A stretch of 64,000 nt of DNA, from contig OX597815.1 in NCBI GenBank assembly GCA_951406725.2, forward strand, positions 140,306,001 to 140,370,000, read 5' to 3'. Below, piece after piece: positions 24,611-39,952 of this stretch; the stretch's first letter is position 1, and each line of letters begins with the position of its first letter. Source of the stretch: Octopus vulgaris (lineage: Eukaryota). A program made the translations under genes and the position numbers. The notes under the pieces are model-generated. The model was not told where the DNA came from, did no database searches, and saw nothing but the letters and a program-made list of their open reading frames with translations.

Positions 24611-25806
24611 ATACATATATGTACACATGCTTTGTATACTCGCGTGCCGGTTAATGCGAATGCATTATTTATGTGTAACACTGTATATAAGAGAATAAAA
24701 TTGGATTATACCTGCTAGGTGTAAACAGTATCCCACTCCAAATCAACAATACAACGAATGTATAGAAATGAACTGGAAAGGAGTGAAAGATATTGGGAAA
24801 GCATGGAATCTGTTTTACAGCAGCGAATGGCAGGTGAGAATTAATATCTAAATATATACAATGCCTTGTGCTCTTACACCTTGCGTGTAGCACCTGTATT
24901 TTACATTAACCTATTTTATCAAGAATTAAATGAGGCAGAAGTTGGTAGCAGATTTTAATATAATTCTAGATTTAGAGCTTTCGTCACTGTGCTACTCTTC
25001 CTCGTTCTGTGTATCGTCCATACCACGGTTTTCGCTGTGCCGTTTACGATTATTATATATTTTTTCTGGTAATTTATATATATTTGTTTCCTCTGCAGAT
25101 TAGCAGAATTGATTAGGTATATTATGAAAGTTATCTGTTCCGTTGCCATACCTTCAGAGTTCAAATACCGCTGAGGGTGACATCGTCTTTCATCTTTCTC
25201 AGTAGATTTCAATCAAGTGTTTGAGTTGACTTAATCGAATGCAAATTCCATAAGACTATGTTATCTGGCGCTTAAGATAAAAACCTTTCAGTTTTGGATG
25301 ACAAAATTGGCAGTGTACCGGTATGCACCGTAGCTGATCAGATCCTCCGTGCAAATGCCTTAGATATTTCCCATTAGATTTTTTGTTCAGTTCTTCATTA
25401 GAATATATTATATCTTCTGTCTGTGGGATCGATAATAAAAGCAGCAGTAATGTAATGCATCTATTTAACCCAGGGTCTCAGTTTCTCATAACGTGTGCCT
25501 CAGTTGTATACATCTGTCTTATTCATAAGTATTGTTGGAAGTTAATAGAGGATTGAAGAAAATGACTTTTGGCATTTAATTCTACCCTTGAGGTTCTGAG
25601 TACAGATACCGAGTGAGTGTAGTCTTTACCTTCCAGCATTCGAGATCAGCGAAATTAAGTACGATAAAATATAATAATAAACCTTTCTATTATAGGCACA
25701 AGGCCTGAAATTTGGAGATAGTCGATAACATCGACCCCAGTATTCAACTGGTACTTAATTTATTAACCATGAAAGGATGAAAGGTAAACTACTACTAAAG
25801 TGCTAC

Positions 25807-26042
25807 TTCCACAGTCTTCAAAATCATTTGAACGGAGAAAATATGAATTCTATAGACGAGGTCAGAACAATACTGGAGGAGTATTTTTCGTCACGGACAA
25901 GTGAATTTTGAAAGAGGGGCCTTGCAAGTCTACCTGACAGATGGAAGAGCATTGTAGAAAATGAAGGAGAGTATATTTTATCTTAATTTTGAGAAATAAA
26001 AGTGGCATAAAAAAACCGCATTATTTATGGGATGACCCAATA
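25807..26042 (+). mobile_element. Mariner transposon 3' fragment with right TIR
   Basis: FHSLQNHLNGENMNSIDEVRTILEEYFSSRTSEF*KRGLASLPDRWKSIVENEGEYI; ends aaaaaccgcattatttatgggatgacccaaTA. Confidence 0.9.
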
Positions 26043-27276
26043 CTTAACTAGTATTCGACTTTACCGATCTCAAGAAATGGAATGCAACATTGGTCTTCCT
26101 AGATGCGAACTCGGAACGATCTTTAGAATAAAATGCAACCAAATTTCTATTAGCGAGAGTGTGCTCTGCGTATCTATCGGAATACTCACTTTTAAACATT
26201 TTGAAAACATTTTTGACACAACTGTATTATCCAAAATATGGGAAAAAATTCTATTTTTCGATGTTATTGACGTTGTTCCTGCACCATTTGATGTTCTCCG
26301 CATCTGATATAATCGCGGTTACTTCTAATTTTAGTTCAGTTCTTGCACTGAGTTCCCGGTAATATCAGTAAGAACCAATCACGAAGTCAAAACACGTTTG
26401 GAATTGTATCTTTGACCTGTCAATTAATTTTAGTTTTTATCTGTTTGTAAACTGATAACGAGATAACAATACGAATTTTTAAGTTTCTCGTCACATGGAA
26501 CAGAATTTATTGCTGAGGGTTATGTAAAGTCGAGAAAGTTGAAAAAGTATATAATATCAAAACATACCACATTGCAATCCTAAATAAACATATTATGTCT
26601 TTGGGCAACCACTTTCTTTTTTCTCTCTATTTCTGTGTTCGTCTCTCGCACGCATATACACACAAACAGGCGCTCGCAAATACACACATACTTATACATA
26701 CATAAAAAAATACTCATGCTCATACAAACACATTTACATAGGAAAAAGACGTACACTCATAGCCTATGTGGAAATACATCCACATATACTCCTATGTATA
26801 TCTACATGTTAACTCAACAATCTACACACAAATCATTTGATTAAAAGAATGCAAAATAATAAAAAAGAAGGCTTGTCAAATCGTGAGTGACCGGCTTGGA
26901 GAACTTATATAATTCTTACTGAAAAATAAATTTACGTACATACATGGATACGTACATATATGCATATATATATACATGCCTACATACAAACATACATACA
27001 TACATATCCAGGGCGTCTTTATGTCGGAGGCACTGAAGATTGGCAGATGTCCATACATACAAGTCACCCATCTCTATTCTACAGCTATTAGAAACTGATA
27101 GATTAGTGCCGATACCGCTTAGTACTGGTGCTGAGTGGTAGCTGTTACTGGCAAACGCAAAGAGTTGGAACATGTAGAGCAATGCTTCCTATCCGTCTGA
27201 CACTTTAAGAGTTACACCAGTCTAAAGTCCAGTACTAGTCACTTAATACACGTGCACACAGACACGTGCGGGCGGA

Positions 27277-27376
27277 CACGCACGCACGCACACGCACGCA
27301 CACGCACGCACACGCACGCACACGCACGCACACGCACGCACACGCACGCACACGCACGCACACGCACGCACGCACA
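27277..27376. repeat. (CACGCACGCA)n 10-bp tandem repeat
   Basis: Directly visible, about 9 units. Confidence 0.95.
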
Positions 27377-28877
27377 AACATTTACATGTAAGTATGCATA
27401 TATTTATATCTTTATATAGTTATTTTTTAAAATACACAAAAACAACATTTCTGAAATTAGTAGCTTCGTCAATGTTCGATAAAACTGATGTTTTAGAGAT
27501 ATTTTCTGTGAGGTCAATGCAATTGATTTACCCTCTCTCTCGGAATTGCTGGCCTTGTGCCGAAATTTGAAACCAGTATTACGTTCTTCGTTCTACAAAA
27601 CCACATGGCCCGAGAAAGCCTTTAGCAGATTCCAGTCTATCTTAAGTATTTAGACTGGTCTCTGGTCGGAGGATAATTTTCTCCCTTCTATTGTCTAATC
27701 GTAAAGGACCAGAGAAAGGGTCAATGCCGCTTTCCTTCTTCTTATTATTAAACCATAACCAAAATTAAATACAAATGTTGGTCACCATCAAGGGCAAGTT
27801 AATGACAGTTATTTTTAGAAAAGAAATATCACAATATGGATATTTTCTCAGGTACAGAAACGTACATCGGTAAAATATATTTTCATTATTCTAATGGGAC
27901 TCATTCATTCTCAAATGCAGTGACATACATGTGTGTGATTTTCAACTGCATAGCTAATTTCCAAAAATGAACGGTATTAGGATACAAAAAATTATATTTT
28001 AGCTGTTTATAGAAGACGAGTTTCATTCCGAAAGAAAAGAGGACACAGATTAGAGTAGGAAGATAAACATTTCATGATTTCTTTGTAATGTAAATCAATT
28101 GCCAGTATCCCGAAGGAAGCAAAGAAATATATTTAACAACCTTTCCGTTAAGACACGTCTAATACTTTGAACAATGGAAGCGAACTGTTGTTGTGGCAAC
28201 ATATGATAGATTCGTAGAGAAATAGCGGACAAGAAAAAGCATCATTAATTTATGAGTGCGCTGAGATAATGCAATAACAGCCATAATGTTCTGTTAGAAA
28301 TGTGAAGTAAAAAGTACCTGTACGGTTTCTTCTGCTGAAGCTATCAGATAAACTGCTAGCCAAAGAAAACCAAAAACTTCTTTATATTAAATACAGTCTC
28401 CTTTAAACAGAACAAGAAAAAAGAAAAAAAAATTAAAATAAAGCCATTTGATATAAAACTGAAATCTTTGTAAGTTGCACTACTCATAAAATAAGATATA
28501 TAAAAATGTTCGAAAACTTTTGAAGAGCTTCCATTCTTGAGAGATTCTTCGCTCAAAAACGTCGTGAGGGATTTCAAGTAGCCATCATGGAAATACTCTT
28601 TATTCCGTGAGTAGAATGTAATAAATGCAACATTTCTTACATAAACACCTACAATTAAGATGTGCAAGCATAACCGTAACTTTTTTTTTGATTCTGTTGA
28701 AGTTCTCTTTATCCTTTGTTGTTGATAGAGGGAAAAATTCACAAAACTATACATCTATATGCAGAACCCTTATATTTTATATGGGATACGTCAATTCTGT
28801 GCGTGTGTATATATATATATGCGTGTCTGTGTGATCTCTATAGTTGTATGTCGTATATGCGTATAGGCAATACATAT

Positions 28878-28913
<36 letters not shown>

Positions 28914-29044
28914 GCTGGTATACTACTTATATGTACATACACATAAATACAAACTTGCCCACAAACGCACAAAGCACAAGACGCACTCACGTATATACAC
29001 ATATAATACATTCATACAGATACATAACTCAATGTATACAAATA

Positions 29045-29101
<57 letters not shown>

Positions 29102-29788
29102 ATGTGTCTAAAGTAAAGAGAGTGAGAAATGAAAAAGTGATGGAGAGAGATGAGACGTGATGTGAATGTCCATTTCATTTCCTTTTACCAATTCTGCTGC
29201 CTCCAGTAAAGGATCAATAAAGAGAAATGTTATACTCCGTTCCTTCCCAAATGCAAATATACACTCTACATTATTGATCATCAGGCACACATTATTCAGT
29301 CTTTCTTTTTACATTTTTTCCTCAGTTAATATATATATATATATATGTGTGTATATGTGTGTGTATGTATGCGAGTATATATGTGTATACAGACATACAC
29401 ACTCATACACACACACATATATTTATTTATCTATAAGTGTATGTATGTATTTATATATATATATATATATATTGCTTGCACTCTTTTATCACTTGTTGGC
29501 CGTATATCTACATGTCAAAATCATTTCTATGGAGTTATATATCACTCTGTAGCAATGTGACCAAATATCACGAGATTGATGTTCGATGGGTTTTTACAAT
29601 ACAGGTTGAAAAAATATTACTGCCATTATGTATTTCACTGCCTATCTATTCTATCTATCTCATTGCCTCATCCCGCTTTCTCTCTTCTGCATATACATTC
29701 TATTGGAGTGCATCTCAACATTGCTGAAACTCTGGAATTTTCTGTATATACTCATACATATACATCCATAATTTATATTTAAACATAT

Positions 29789-30269
<481 letters not shown>

Positions 30270-30649
30270 CTAGCAGTATCGCCCGACGTTGCTCGGGTTT
30301 GTAAGGGAAATAACTATATAAGCATTTTTAAGCAAAAAAATGCATTAAAAATGGGAAAAAATGATGGTAATTTTTTTTTAAATCGTTGACTCATCGTAGA
30401 CATTTTTAGAGAGTTACTTCTCTTATATAATAGCGAAAAAAATGCATTAAAATGGAAAAAAACGATGGTATATTTTTTTAAAATCGTAGACTCATCGTAG
30501 ACGCGCGCTAATACCCAGAAGGGCTCGATATGAATCACGGCTATAAGATACCCGGTTTTGGTTAAACTGCACCGCAAAATGTGGGAGTAGTTAGGAATCT
30601 AAATCGTAGGAGACAGACACTCACACAACTTCACTTTTATATATAAAGA
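30270..30649 (-). mobile_element. Non-autonomous Helitron type A in (TA)n
   Basis: Same termini as 12466-12859; A/T target. Confidence 0.85.
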
Positions 30650-31740
30650 TATATATATATATCTTAATGTATATACGATTCTATATTTATATGTATATAA
30701 AACTAAGTTTAATGCTTACATTTTTAGTATTAGTAACAGTAAAATCAGTGATTCTTTCGTAGATAGCATTACTTTTCGAGACTCCACATTGCAATCTACC
30801 ATACCTAGCCAGACAACTTCAACTCCAAAAATCAACTTGTAAATGTAGAAAGTTTTTAGATTACACATATAGATGATTGTGCTTCTTTACGATGATGCTA
30901 CACAGAACTACCGTAATTTGTGTTAATGATATAGATAGTAATTTTACGAGACCCATCGCAAACACATTTAAAACTGATGTAGATAACATATACTCTCATT
31001 CAGATTGAGGGATAAAGAGAACTCCAAATCTTTGCTCTAACATGTTTGGAAAGTAAGCAACGTGAAAACAGAACTTACCTACAATACAAGAGTATTGTGT
31101 ACAGAGACATCTATCGAGTAACGGGAGAGGGAATTGCAAATTATGTTTGATTGAGTTCCTGAAATTGCCAGTAATATCATTGAAGAGAAGACTTTTGAAG
31201 CAATCAATCGACATCGAAGACCATTTCTTTACGAGAACTTTCATCCAAGTGAAGAATCTGTGAACATGGACAATCGCCAAAGTTTGCTCATTAAAATCGA
31301 TTTAAGGTGGTTTCTTATCGTCATACCTGCTGCCGTCAAAGTCTACACTACAAATTGTCAGGTGTTATGATGCATCATTTTCTTTCACAATTATTTCGTA
31401 TTAGTTATGATGGAAAAAGAGAATGTGAAGACTGTCTATAACCGAGTAGATGCAGCAAATTATCACAAATAATAGTGTTCACAGGTGTCACCATCTTTAA
31501 CAATTATACAGAGCATATTGTTACCCAACTTAGAATCAACACGATGAGGTGTCTGAAGTGTGCTGCCTGAAACACTTAACAAGAAAGTTTTCTGTTACTC
31601 AATTATTTGTTAATAGCATAAAATGCTTTTGCCTATACGAGTGTTCCAGCATTATTACAACATATTTAAGAAGCAAAAATCAGTCTTGTAAAGAATTATT
31701 TATGATAATCTAGAAGACAGATATTTGAAAGGGATCAATT

Positions 31741-31846
<106 letters not shown>

Positions 31847-33309
31847 GTCTGTCTGTCTGTCTGTCTACCTATCAATCTGTATATGTCCGTATTTCTGTCA
31901 GTCTAGCCTAGTCTATCTATCACACCTATTCCACTATAAAAAAAACACACACACATGCGCACGCACATGACTGTCTTAAATACTTGATATTCCTGCTGAT
32001 GAGACAAAGATTCTCTCTGCAAAGCATTACCCTCACTTGATAAAGGCCCGCAGCATTACTAATATAATTGTCTATGTTTCTTTGGGGTTACAAATTTCGT
32101 ACTACCTGCCGACTAGCCTACTTCATTCACCTGCCTTTCTCACACATCGGCTATTCTATGTCTCCTAGCACCAAGCCTTTACACAGAAAACATCATTGTG
32201 GCTCACAAACTACACTAATTTGAACTTATGATTCTTTTCACGTTTCTTTTACAGGCAGTAACACTCTAGTCAACAACTGCTCTAATATCTTTAGCCTGAA
32301 ATTATGTGATGGGGACAAAATTGATGAGTTTCTTTTTATGGTTAGATAACAATAATAAAACGCTAATTCCGGGACGCTTTAAGTTCTTAAAACCTGGATT
32401 CGTTTGAAGATGACCATAGAATCAACTGATACGTCAGTGGGTGTAGTTCTTACCGTTTGCACATCCAGAAAGAAATGATTCTCAATGTTTACAGAATAGT
32501 TAAGTAGGTCTGAGTGTACCAATATGGCGGGAGTTATTTGAAACAGGATATCAAGGGTAGAGAAAAAGGTGTCTGTACCGAGATTTGCCATTTCAAGGGA
32601 AGGCATAGTGTTGAAAAAGCTATTAGCTTTGATAAGCAGAGTTATTGAATAGCATAGGATATGGCAGAGGCTAACCAACCTGTTGTGGAATAAAAAAAAA
32701 AACTGCAGGTTACACTTCCTTTCATGTGAAACGCTTGATGTGCTTCCTACTACAAGCAATCACCTGTTATTAGTTAAGTCAACGTCTGGTATTAGTTATG
32801 GGAGTGGTTTGCAATCTAATTGCAACAACTCTATGGTTTCTCATGCAGTAAAGTGACAACATCAAGTCGTCAATTTCCTGAGTGGCGATGTTAGATTAGT
32901 TCTGATCATGTTTCATAAAATAGTTGACTACTGTAGGAGTAAAGTAAGTTAAATCACATCAGGAAGTTACACTGCACCCGATAGCATGCTTCCAATAAAC
33001 ACCCACCTCCACTCTATCTCTTTCACCACTGCTTACTTATAATCCTCCACTTGCAAGAAAAAAAAATTAAAGAAAATCTAACACTGCAACCATTAAGCTG
33101 GCTGGTCCAGTTCAATTTCCTCCATCTCCCTCAAAATGCATGCTTCAGGGGTAGCCCTTATGAAATACTCACTAGACACTTCAATATTTCGCTCTCATCA
33201 TTGAAAATACGCGACTGTGTTGCTCTATTTTCAAGGTAAGATCATCAACACCGGGTTAAAAGTTATACAACTGTTAGTTGTAGTGGTTATCATGGTATAT
33301 TTTATATTG

Positions 33310-34941
33310 CACTTGGCAACAAAGATTTTGTTACAGAAGAACAAATAGGTGTTCCTTGCTAATATTGGTATGCTGATTTCAAATCTATAATTAGATGTTT
33401 TCTATCACGTCTAGATTTTATGTAAAATGCAAATCACTTGGTCAAATTTTCTATCACATCCAGATTTTGGTTTTAATCGGTTTAATGCCAATAATATGAA
33501 ACTTACTTTTCAAGGTTAATGTAACTTTTGTTTGCTAACAATATACAAATTCTAACGATTTTGATCAATAAAATTTATCCTGAGTTGGGAACACGGAGTC
33601 AAGAGCACAGTAACGATTCTACTAGTGATATAGAAATAGGGAAAGATGACTTATATGTTTCTGATGCGGTTAGTCACCACATTTGTCAAGTCAAGCGGAT
33701 TTGGAATTACCAAAAGAAAAGGCAAAGTTGCTTGATTCCAGACTTCAAGAATGATATATTCTCCACTCAAGCTCAGAAGTTTCCCATTTTCGCCAAGAGG
33801 AAAATGTTTGTTTCTGCCATGATATCACTAACCTTAATGAAACTCATGAATCAATGCAACTGTTCATTTGACTCATTAAATATAAGGATCATATATGGAA
33901 TATTTGTGGCTACCTTAAAGTTGTATCATTACTTGTTGGATTACAGTTGGGTTACACAAAGCATATGTCCTTTTTGTATTTATGGAACAGCAGAGATAAC
34001 AAGAACCACTGCAAAACCATGATTGGAACTGAACATGTTGTTGGTAAACAAAATGTGAAACACCCAGCACTTATTGAACCTCAGAAAGTATATATTCCCC
34101 CACTTCACATTAAACTTCGTGAAATGTATGGATCATCATGGTAGTGGTTTTTTCAATATTCTTTATATTCAAAAGGATTTTGACAGATGCTAAGTTAGAA
34201 GCTGGAGTTTTCACTGGACCACAAATCTGCAGTGTCATCCACGACTCATCGTTTCCATCTATTCTAAATGAGGATGAACTAAGAACATGGGCATCTCTTG
34301 TTGAAGTTATCAAGCATTTTCTTGGAAACCACAAAGCTGAAAACCATCATGAACTCGTAGAAAGCATGCTTAAAAATTATGAAAAAATGTCTATGAAAAT
34401 TCCTTTTTTACATTCTCATCTTGACTTCTTCCCCGCCAACCTTGGGACTGTGAGTGACAAGCACGGTGAGCGCTTCTACCAACAGATCTCATTGGTGATT
34501 CATGCAGTAGGAGAGCTCGTCATCCTGCAAGCGACAAAGGAAGAAGAAACACCATGGTTTCACTTAAGAACAGGAAGGTGCCTTTTGGTAGTAACAACAA
34601 AATACTAACGTGTTTTGGGAGGATGGTTGGGTGCAGGAGTTGCAATTCTGCCAGCGAAATCCCACTGTCTGTCTTAAGCTTGAAAAGGAGGAAAGACATC
34701 CTAGTTCACTAATTATTTAAGTATGCTTAGCATGAAACGTGGCAGGGAAAAGTAGCTTAGACAGCTTTCGTAACAGAAGCGAGTGAGAAAAAAAAAATGA
34801 AAAATAAGGGTTTTCAGTTAAACAAAATCTGAACGTGATAATAAATTTAGACATCAGATCTGAAATTAGCATCAGAAATTTGGTAAGGTTCAGTATTTTA
34901 CATGTCTGTAACAAAGAGAAGTTAGAATTTGTTGCCTGATG
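33310..34941 (+). mobile_element. Decayed Chapaev3-like (CMC) DNA transposon with imperfect TIRs
   Basis: Transposase motifs PPLHIKL, KLEAGVFTGPQI and MSMKIPFLHSHLDFFPANLGTVSDKHGERFYQQI. The left end CACTTGGCAACAAA...TTTGTTACAGA...ATGCTGATTTCAAATCT mirrors the right end ...TCTGTAACAAA...TTTGTTGCCTGATG. Family name is from recalled motif similarity. Confidence 0.75.
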
Positions 34942-35342
34942 TTATATAATATACACGTGTATTTAGATCTATGGTTGTATTAAATTTAGTATTGTAATTT
35001 AGACCTGTTTCATCCAGATTTACTAACAGTAACGCTTAATTACTCTTTTATTCTTTTTTTGTGGAATTCTACAAACCTTGGTGTTGTCAACTACTATAAC
35101 ACGTTTTAGTGTTATGAGTTTCAATGAACTTAGGTGGTTACATGCAAACGGTAAACTATCGACTAGGAGCCATATTGTGCATACGATTTAATAGTTTGAA
35201 TAATGAAGTTTACAACTTTCATATTCCCATTAGATTCTCTTAAAGAGTTTGACGGAAAGTACGTTCGGTGGAACGATAGTTTGTGGCTTCTTGTTGATGA
35301 GGAATCTTTTCATTCATGTCATTGCAATATATGTTAACTATA

Positions 35343-35700
35343 AGGCGGTGAGCGGGCAGAAACGTTAGCATTGCCGGGGCGAAATGCTTAGCGGTATTTC
35401 GTCTGTCTTTACGTCCTGAGTTCAAATTCCGCCGAGGTCGACTTTGCCTTTCATCCTTTCGGGGTCGATAAATTAAGTGTCAGTTGCATACTCGGGTCGA
35501 TCTAATCGACTGGCCCCCTTCTCCAAAAATTTCCGGCCTTGTGCCTAGAGTAGAAAAGTATATATGTTAACTATAGTGCGGTGAGCTGGCAGAAACGTTA
35601 GCACGCTGGGCGAGATGCTTAGTGGTATTTCGTCTGTCTTTATGTTCTGAGTTCAAATTCCGCCGAGGTTGACTTTGCTTTTCATCCTTTTGGTGTCGAT
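35343..35700 (+). mobile_element. SINE family 2, one full and one truncated tandem copy
   Basis: aggcggtgagcgggcagaaacgttagc...; restarts at ~35578. Confidence 0.9.
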
Positions 35701-36443
35701 TACACGGATATATCCGTGTAATTTAATTTATACTTGTATTATTGTAGGACCTGGTTTACTAAACAATTAGGTACCCATTATTAACTAATTTTTGTCTTAC
35801 GTGTAGGATATTCTTATTTAAGGATTCTGTAAGGGAGAAAAAAATATAAACATGACTAAAAAGAGATTCGACTACAAATATTTTATATCTATTGGGACAT
35901 TCACTGTCACCGCCGATATATAACATATCTATGATTTTTTGTATAAACTGTAATTTACTGTTTCTTTTTTATTTTATTTAGTTAGTCTACTCTCCGAATT
36001 TAGGTTAGAGATATGATCACAAATGTAAGAATAGAGATACATTCAAGATCTTCTATCAGCTTCTTCATCCATATATGTGACAATGTATAAGTCATCAGCG
36101 CATTTGATGCAAGTATATTTTGTTTATCTCACTAGCAATTTTGTTTACTGCTAACCTTGGCCCGAGATGGAGTCTTAAGCCGTTTGACTTCTGGATATAT
36201 AGATTATCTTGTAGAGAACGGATAATAACGTCCACAGTGCCGGTTGAGAGGGGGATTTTCATGGTTTCTTGTTATAGCACATGTTGTATTGTATAATACG
36301 TTTAATCGTCATCCAAATTTCATAGTTTCTATATAGCTTTGAGAAATCATATTCATATTGATAAAAAATTTCATGAAATATAAATAAGTGTGTTTCAGCG
36401 CCCAACACTCAAGTTTATCTAAATTTACTATTCTGTGTATCTG

Positions 36444-36640
36444 AAGGCGGCGAGGTGGCGAAATGCTTAACTGTTTTTCGTCTGTCCTTACGTTCTGAGT
36501 TCAAATTCCGCCGAGGTCGACTTTGCCTTTAATCCTTTCGGGGTCGATAAATTAAGTACCACTTGCATACTGGGGTCGATTAATCGACTGGCCCCCTCCC
36601 CCAAAATTTAAGGCCTTGTTCCTATAGTAGAAAGGATTAT
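36444..36640 (+). mobile_element. SINE family 2
   Basis: ttctgagttcaaattccgccgaggtcgactttgcc...gggtcgataaattaagtacc. Confidence 0.9.
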
Positions 36641-36949
36641 TCTGTGTAGCTGGTTGTGACCGTGTTTCCCAAAAGTTTTTTCAAATACCTCAGATATATG
36701 AATGCTAACTACTATTTCTTAATTCTACCCATATGTAATATAGCTTGTAATTGAATTTGAAATGATTAGAAACATTATTACTATTTCATTATAAGGTACA
36801 CTTTCAATAATGCTAATATAAACAGAATATTTGTGAAAGCACACATCATTTATTAATGATTAAAACATAAATAATTGAAATAGCAGACGTTCATTAATGT
36901 GATCTATGTGGCTGATGACCGGCTGCAAATGTTGCAATATTTAGTTTCC

Positions 36950-38150
36950 AATTTATTAAGAAGTTACAAATACTAATGCTATACTACTTACATTCGGTGT
37001 CTTTTCTTCGTTCAAAATTTGATATACCTTGTTGAAATTCTTATTTCGCCGTATGGGAGGATGGAAAAGAACATTTAAAAAAATAACTTGTTTTCATTTG
37101 ACAATATAGTATACTTAAAACTGTATTAGAACTACATTTCAAACAAGCTTTGATTTTCAAAAACCTTCTTTATTCTTTAAATCAATGATGATCTCCTCCG
37201 TAAATCCTTTTTTTTTTTGTTCTATTTTGAACAAAAATTGTTTTTTTCCCCATTAAATCCTCAGTTTACTCAAATCAATAAATCTTGTCTCAAAATCTTC
37301 CTCCAATTTTTGCAAATGTGCTCTCCGGGTCCTAAAGTTATCTTCTGTAAATAAGTGTGAAGGGTTATTCATCAATGGAAATTGACAGAATTCCCTTCCG
37401 CTAAGTTTTCGCTTGTACAGTCCAACTTTATTTATAAAGGTGTTGATTGCATACTTAGCATGTATTAGATTAAAATTCATTCCTTGCATTTGAAAAGTTG
37501 TTTATGTCACCATAAATAACAACTAAATAAACCATTTCTCCACGAATCTGTTCAGTGCCTTTCGTTAGTTTGTAATGGCGATTTATAAATGAAAATTCAA
37601 GAGTGTCGGAACACACTAGGCTTCTTAAAGTCTTAATGCATAAATGCCTTCAAACCTGGCTTCAGTGGTATTTACTGTTAACATAATTAAAGCTCAGGAC
37701 TTAAACGCTTGGTTTCAAGACCCGAGATTTATTTTCTTAACAGCAAATATGTCTAAGGCCGTGTTTGAAGACAACTGCTTTCTAAGCATTTTAACGACAA
37801 TGTTCTGCGATGAATTACATAGTAATTTTCGAATATTTCAGGTATTTCATTTTTCATATATGATGACTGACGAGATTGGTAACCTGTTATAGATGAAACA
37901 TAAAACAGTGCATCTATCTTTTCCTTAGGTGTTAATGATCATCTACATGTGAACGCTTCTTTATGGATATTGTTTTCTGTAATCGTTTCGTCAAGTTGTG
38001 TGCTAAATTTCACCTTTCAACGGATACTTGAAATGGACAGCACCCAATTCAAGTCCGGACAAAGTGTTTATTTTCAGAAATTCAAGTTCACGCCGAGGTG
38101 GACATCCAAGAGTCCATTTGATTTAAAAATCCAGACTACCACACAATGAG
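36950..38150 (-). mobile_element. Decayed hAT (Charlie/Buster, GTF2IRD2/ZBED-like) transposase remnant
   Basis: ORF 37253-37489 MQG.NFNLIHAK.AINTFINKV.LYK....F.QFP...HLQKLEEDFETRFIDL; upstream on the minus strand FSTQLDET. Multiple stops. Confidence 0.65.
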
Positions 38151-38294
38151 TGATGCCATGATATTTGGGTTTTAGTGAATGGAATGCACTCTGGTGTTAA
38201 TGGTATACTAAGGTATCTCTATGTTTTAAACCAAACATTTTAATATAAAACAATTAAAATGTTGTATCACATTTTAACATAAAATCAACAGTTT

Positions 38295-38695
38295 AAAGAA
38301 GGGAAAGTCGATATTATCAACCCAAGGAGTGAATTGGTAGTTATTTTATCGATCTCGAAAGGATGTGACCTCGGGGAAATTTGAACTTAGAACTAGAAAG
38401 CAGGAAGTAATGCCGCTAGGTATTGTGCCAGATCACCTTACGATTCTGCCAGTTCGCTGCCTTATCTATTAAAATATTGGTTTCAATTTTTGGCGCAATG
38501 CCAGCAATTTCTGAGGGAGGTGATAAGTCGACCACATCGACCCCAGTGTTCAAATGGTACTTAGTTTATCGACTTCGAAAGGATGAAAGGAAAAGACCAC
38601 CTCCGTGGAATTTGAACTCATAATGTAAAGACAGACGAAATGTTGCTAAGTATTTTGACTTGTGTGCTAATAATTCTTGCAGCTCGCTGCCTTTT
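38295..38695 (-). mobile_element. SINE family 2, two diverged copies
   Basis: Reverse-complement matches: gaaaggatgaaagg...ggaatttgaactca...cagctcgctgcctt. Confidence 0.75.
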
Positions 38696-39261
38696 CTATT
38701 ATAAGATTAAAATTTAATCTAATATGGCGGCATAGTCTAATCTTTTAATATACTGACTTACCTCATGATGAGTTTCAAATTTGGTCATTGTCTTTTCATG
38801 CTTCTAAAAGAATTCCACCACCGTGTAATATAATTTTGCTCACTGCCCTTTCAAACCTCTGTACCTTGAGACACTGTACGAACCCGTTTAGAAACATTAT
38901 CACAATATGTTTCTGTAACAAATATACATGCCAACAAAATTTAGCAGATATTCACGCGTGTTTTTAGCCTTGCTAATTCCATTTAGACTTTTCCGATGAC
39001 AGATTTTTAAATTCAGTCTCCTGCCTTGGCTATTTACAGGCAGAGCCTTGTTTTCCTATTTTTAGATTCTTTCGGAAAAGTTGGTATCTTCTTCATACTT
39101 TTAGAAGGTTTCTTCTCTGTTTATACATTCATTGAATGTCGTCGGATGTTAAGCAGAGTCTCTAGTAACCTTTTTTTAAATGTTGTACTCATGTCCATTA
39201 TATATTATTATTCTATCAAGATCTTTTAGTTGTGTCTTAAAATTCTAATTGTAATATGTAT

Positions 39262-39469
39262 GTAGGCATGGCTGTATGCTAAAAAATTTGCTTCCCAACC
39301 ATATAGTTCTGGATTCAACCCACTGCGTGGCACCTTGACAAGTATCTTCTGTTATAGTCTCAGGTGACCAAAGCTTTGTGAGTGGATTTGATAGACGGAA
39401 TTGTAAAGAAGTCCGTCTCACACACACACACACATGCACGCACGCACGCACGCACATATGTATGTATGA

Positions 39470-39525
<56 letters not shown>

Positions 39526-39790
39526 GTGTATGTATGTGTGTGCGTTTTGTGTGTATGTGTGTCTCTGTGTGTTTGTGTGTGTGTATGTATGATTCTGTCT
39601 GTGTTTGTCTCTAACATTCCTTGTCAACCGAGGTTAATATGTTTACATCCTTGTGACTGGGCGCTTCGGCGAAGAAGACCGATATAATACGTATCAGGGT
39701 ATAAAAAATACTGGGGTCGATTCGTTCGACTAATATTATTCAAGGTCGTGCCCTAACATGCCTGTAGTCTAATGTATAACACAAGTAAAA
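39262..39790 (+). mobile_element. SINE family 1 with expanded internal microsatellite
   Basis: gtaggcatggctgt...cccactgcgtggcaccttgacaagt...gtgagtggatttg. Confidence 0.8.
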
Positions 39791-39858
39791 AAGTGGTAGG
39801 TATATAAGAGGTAGTGTATGTATGCGCGTGGATGAGATTGTATACATGCATACGTACA

Positions 39859-39952
<94 letters not shown>

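Noticed and set aside
15190-26042. Single mariner element spanning both fragments
   Set aside because: The fragments are on opposite strands 10 kb apart with the catalytic middle missing; treated as separate remnants.
32255-32340. Possible host exon (ttcttttacag|...LKLCDGDKIDEFLFM|gttaga)
   Set aside because: Good acceptor but weak donor, no recognisable homology and no partner exons; expected by chance in 64 kb.
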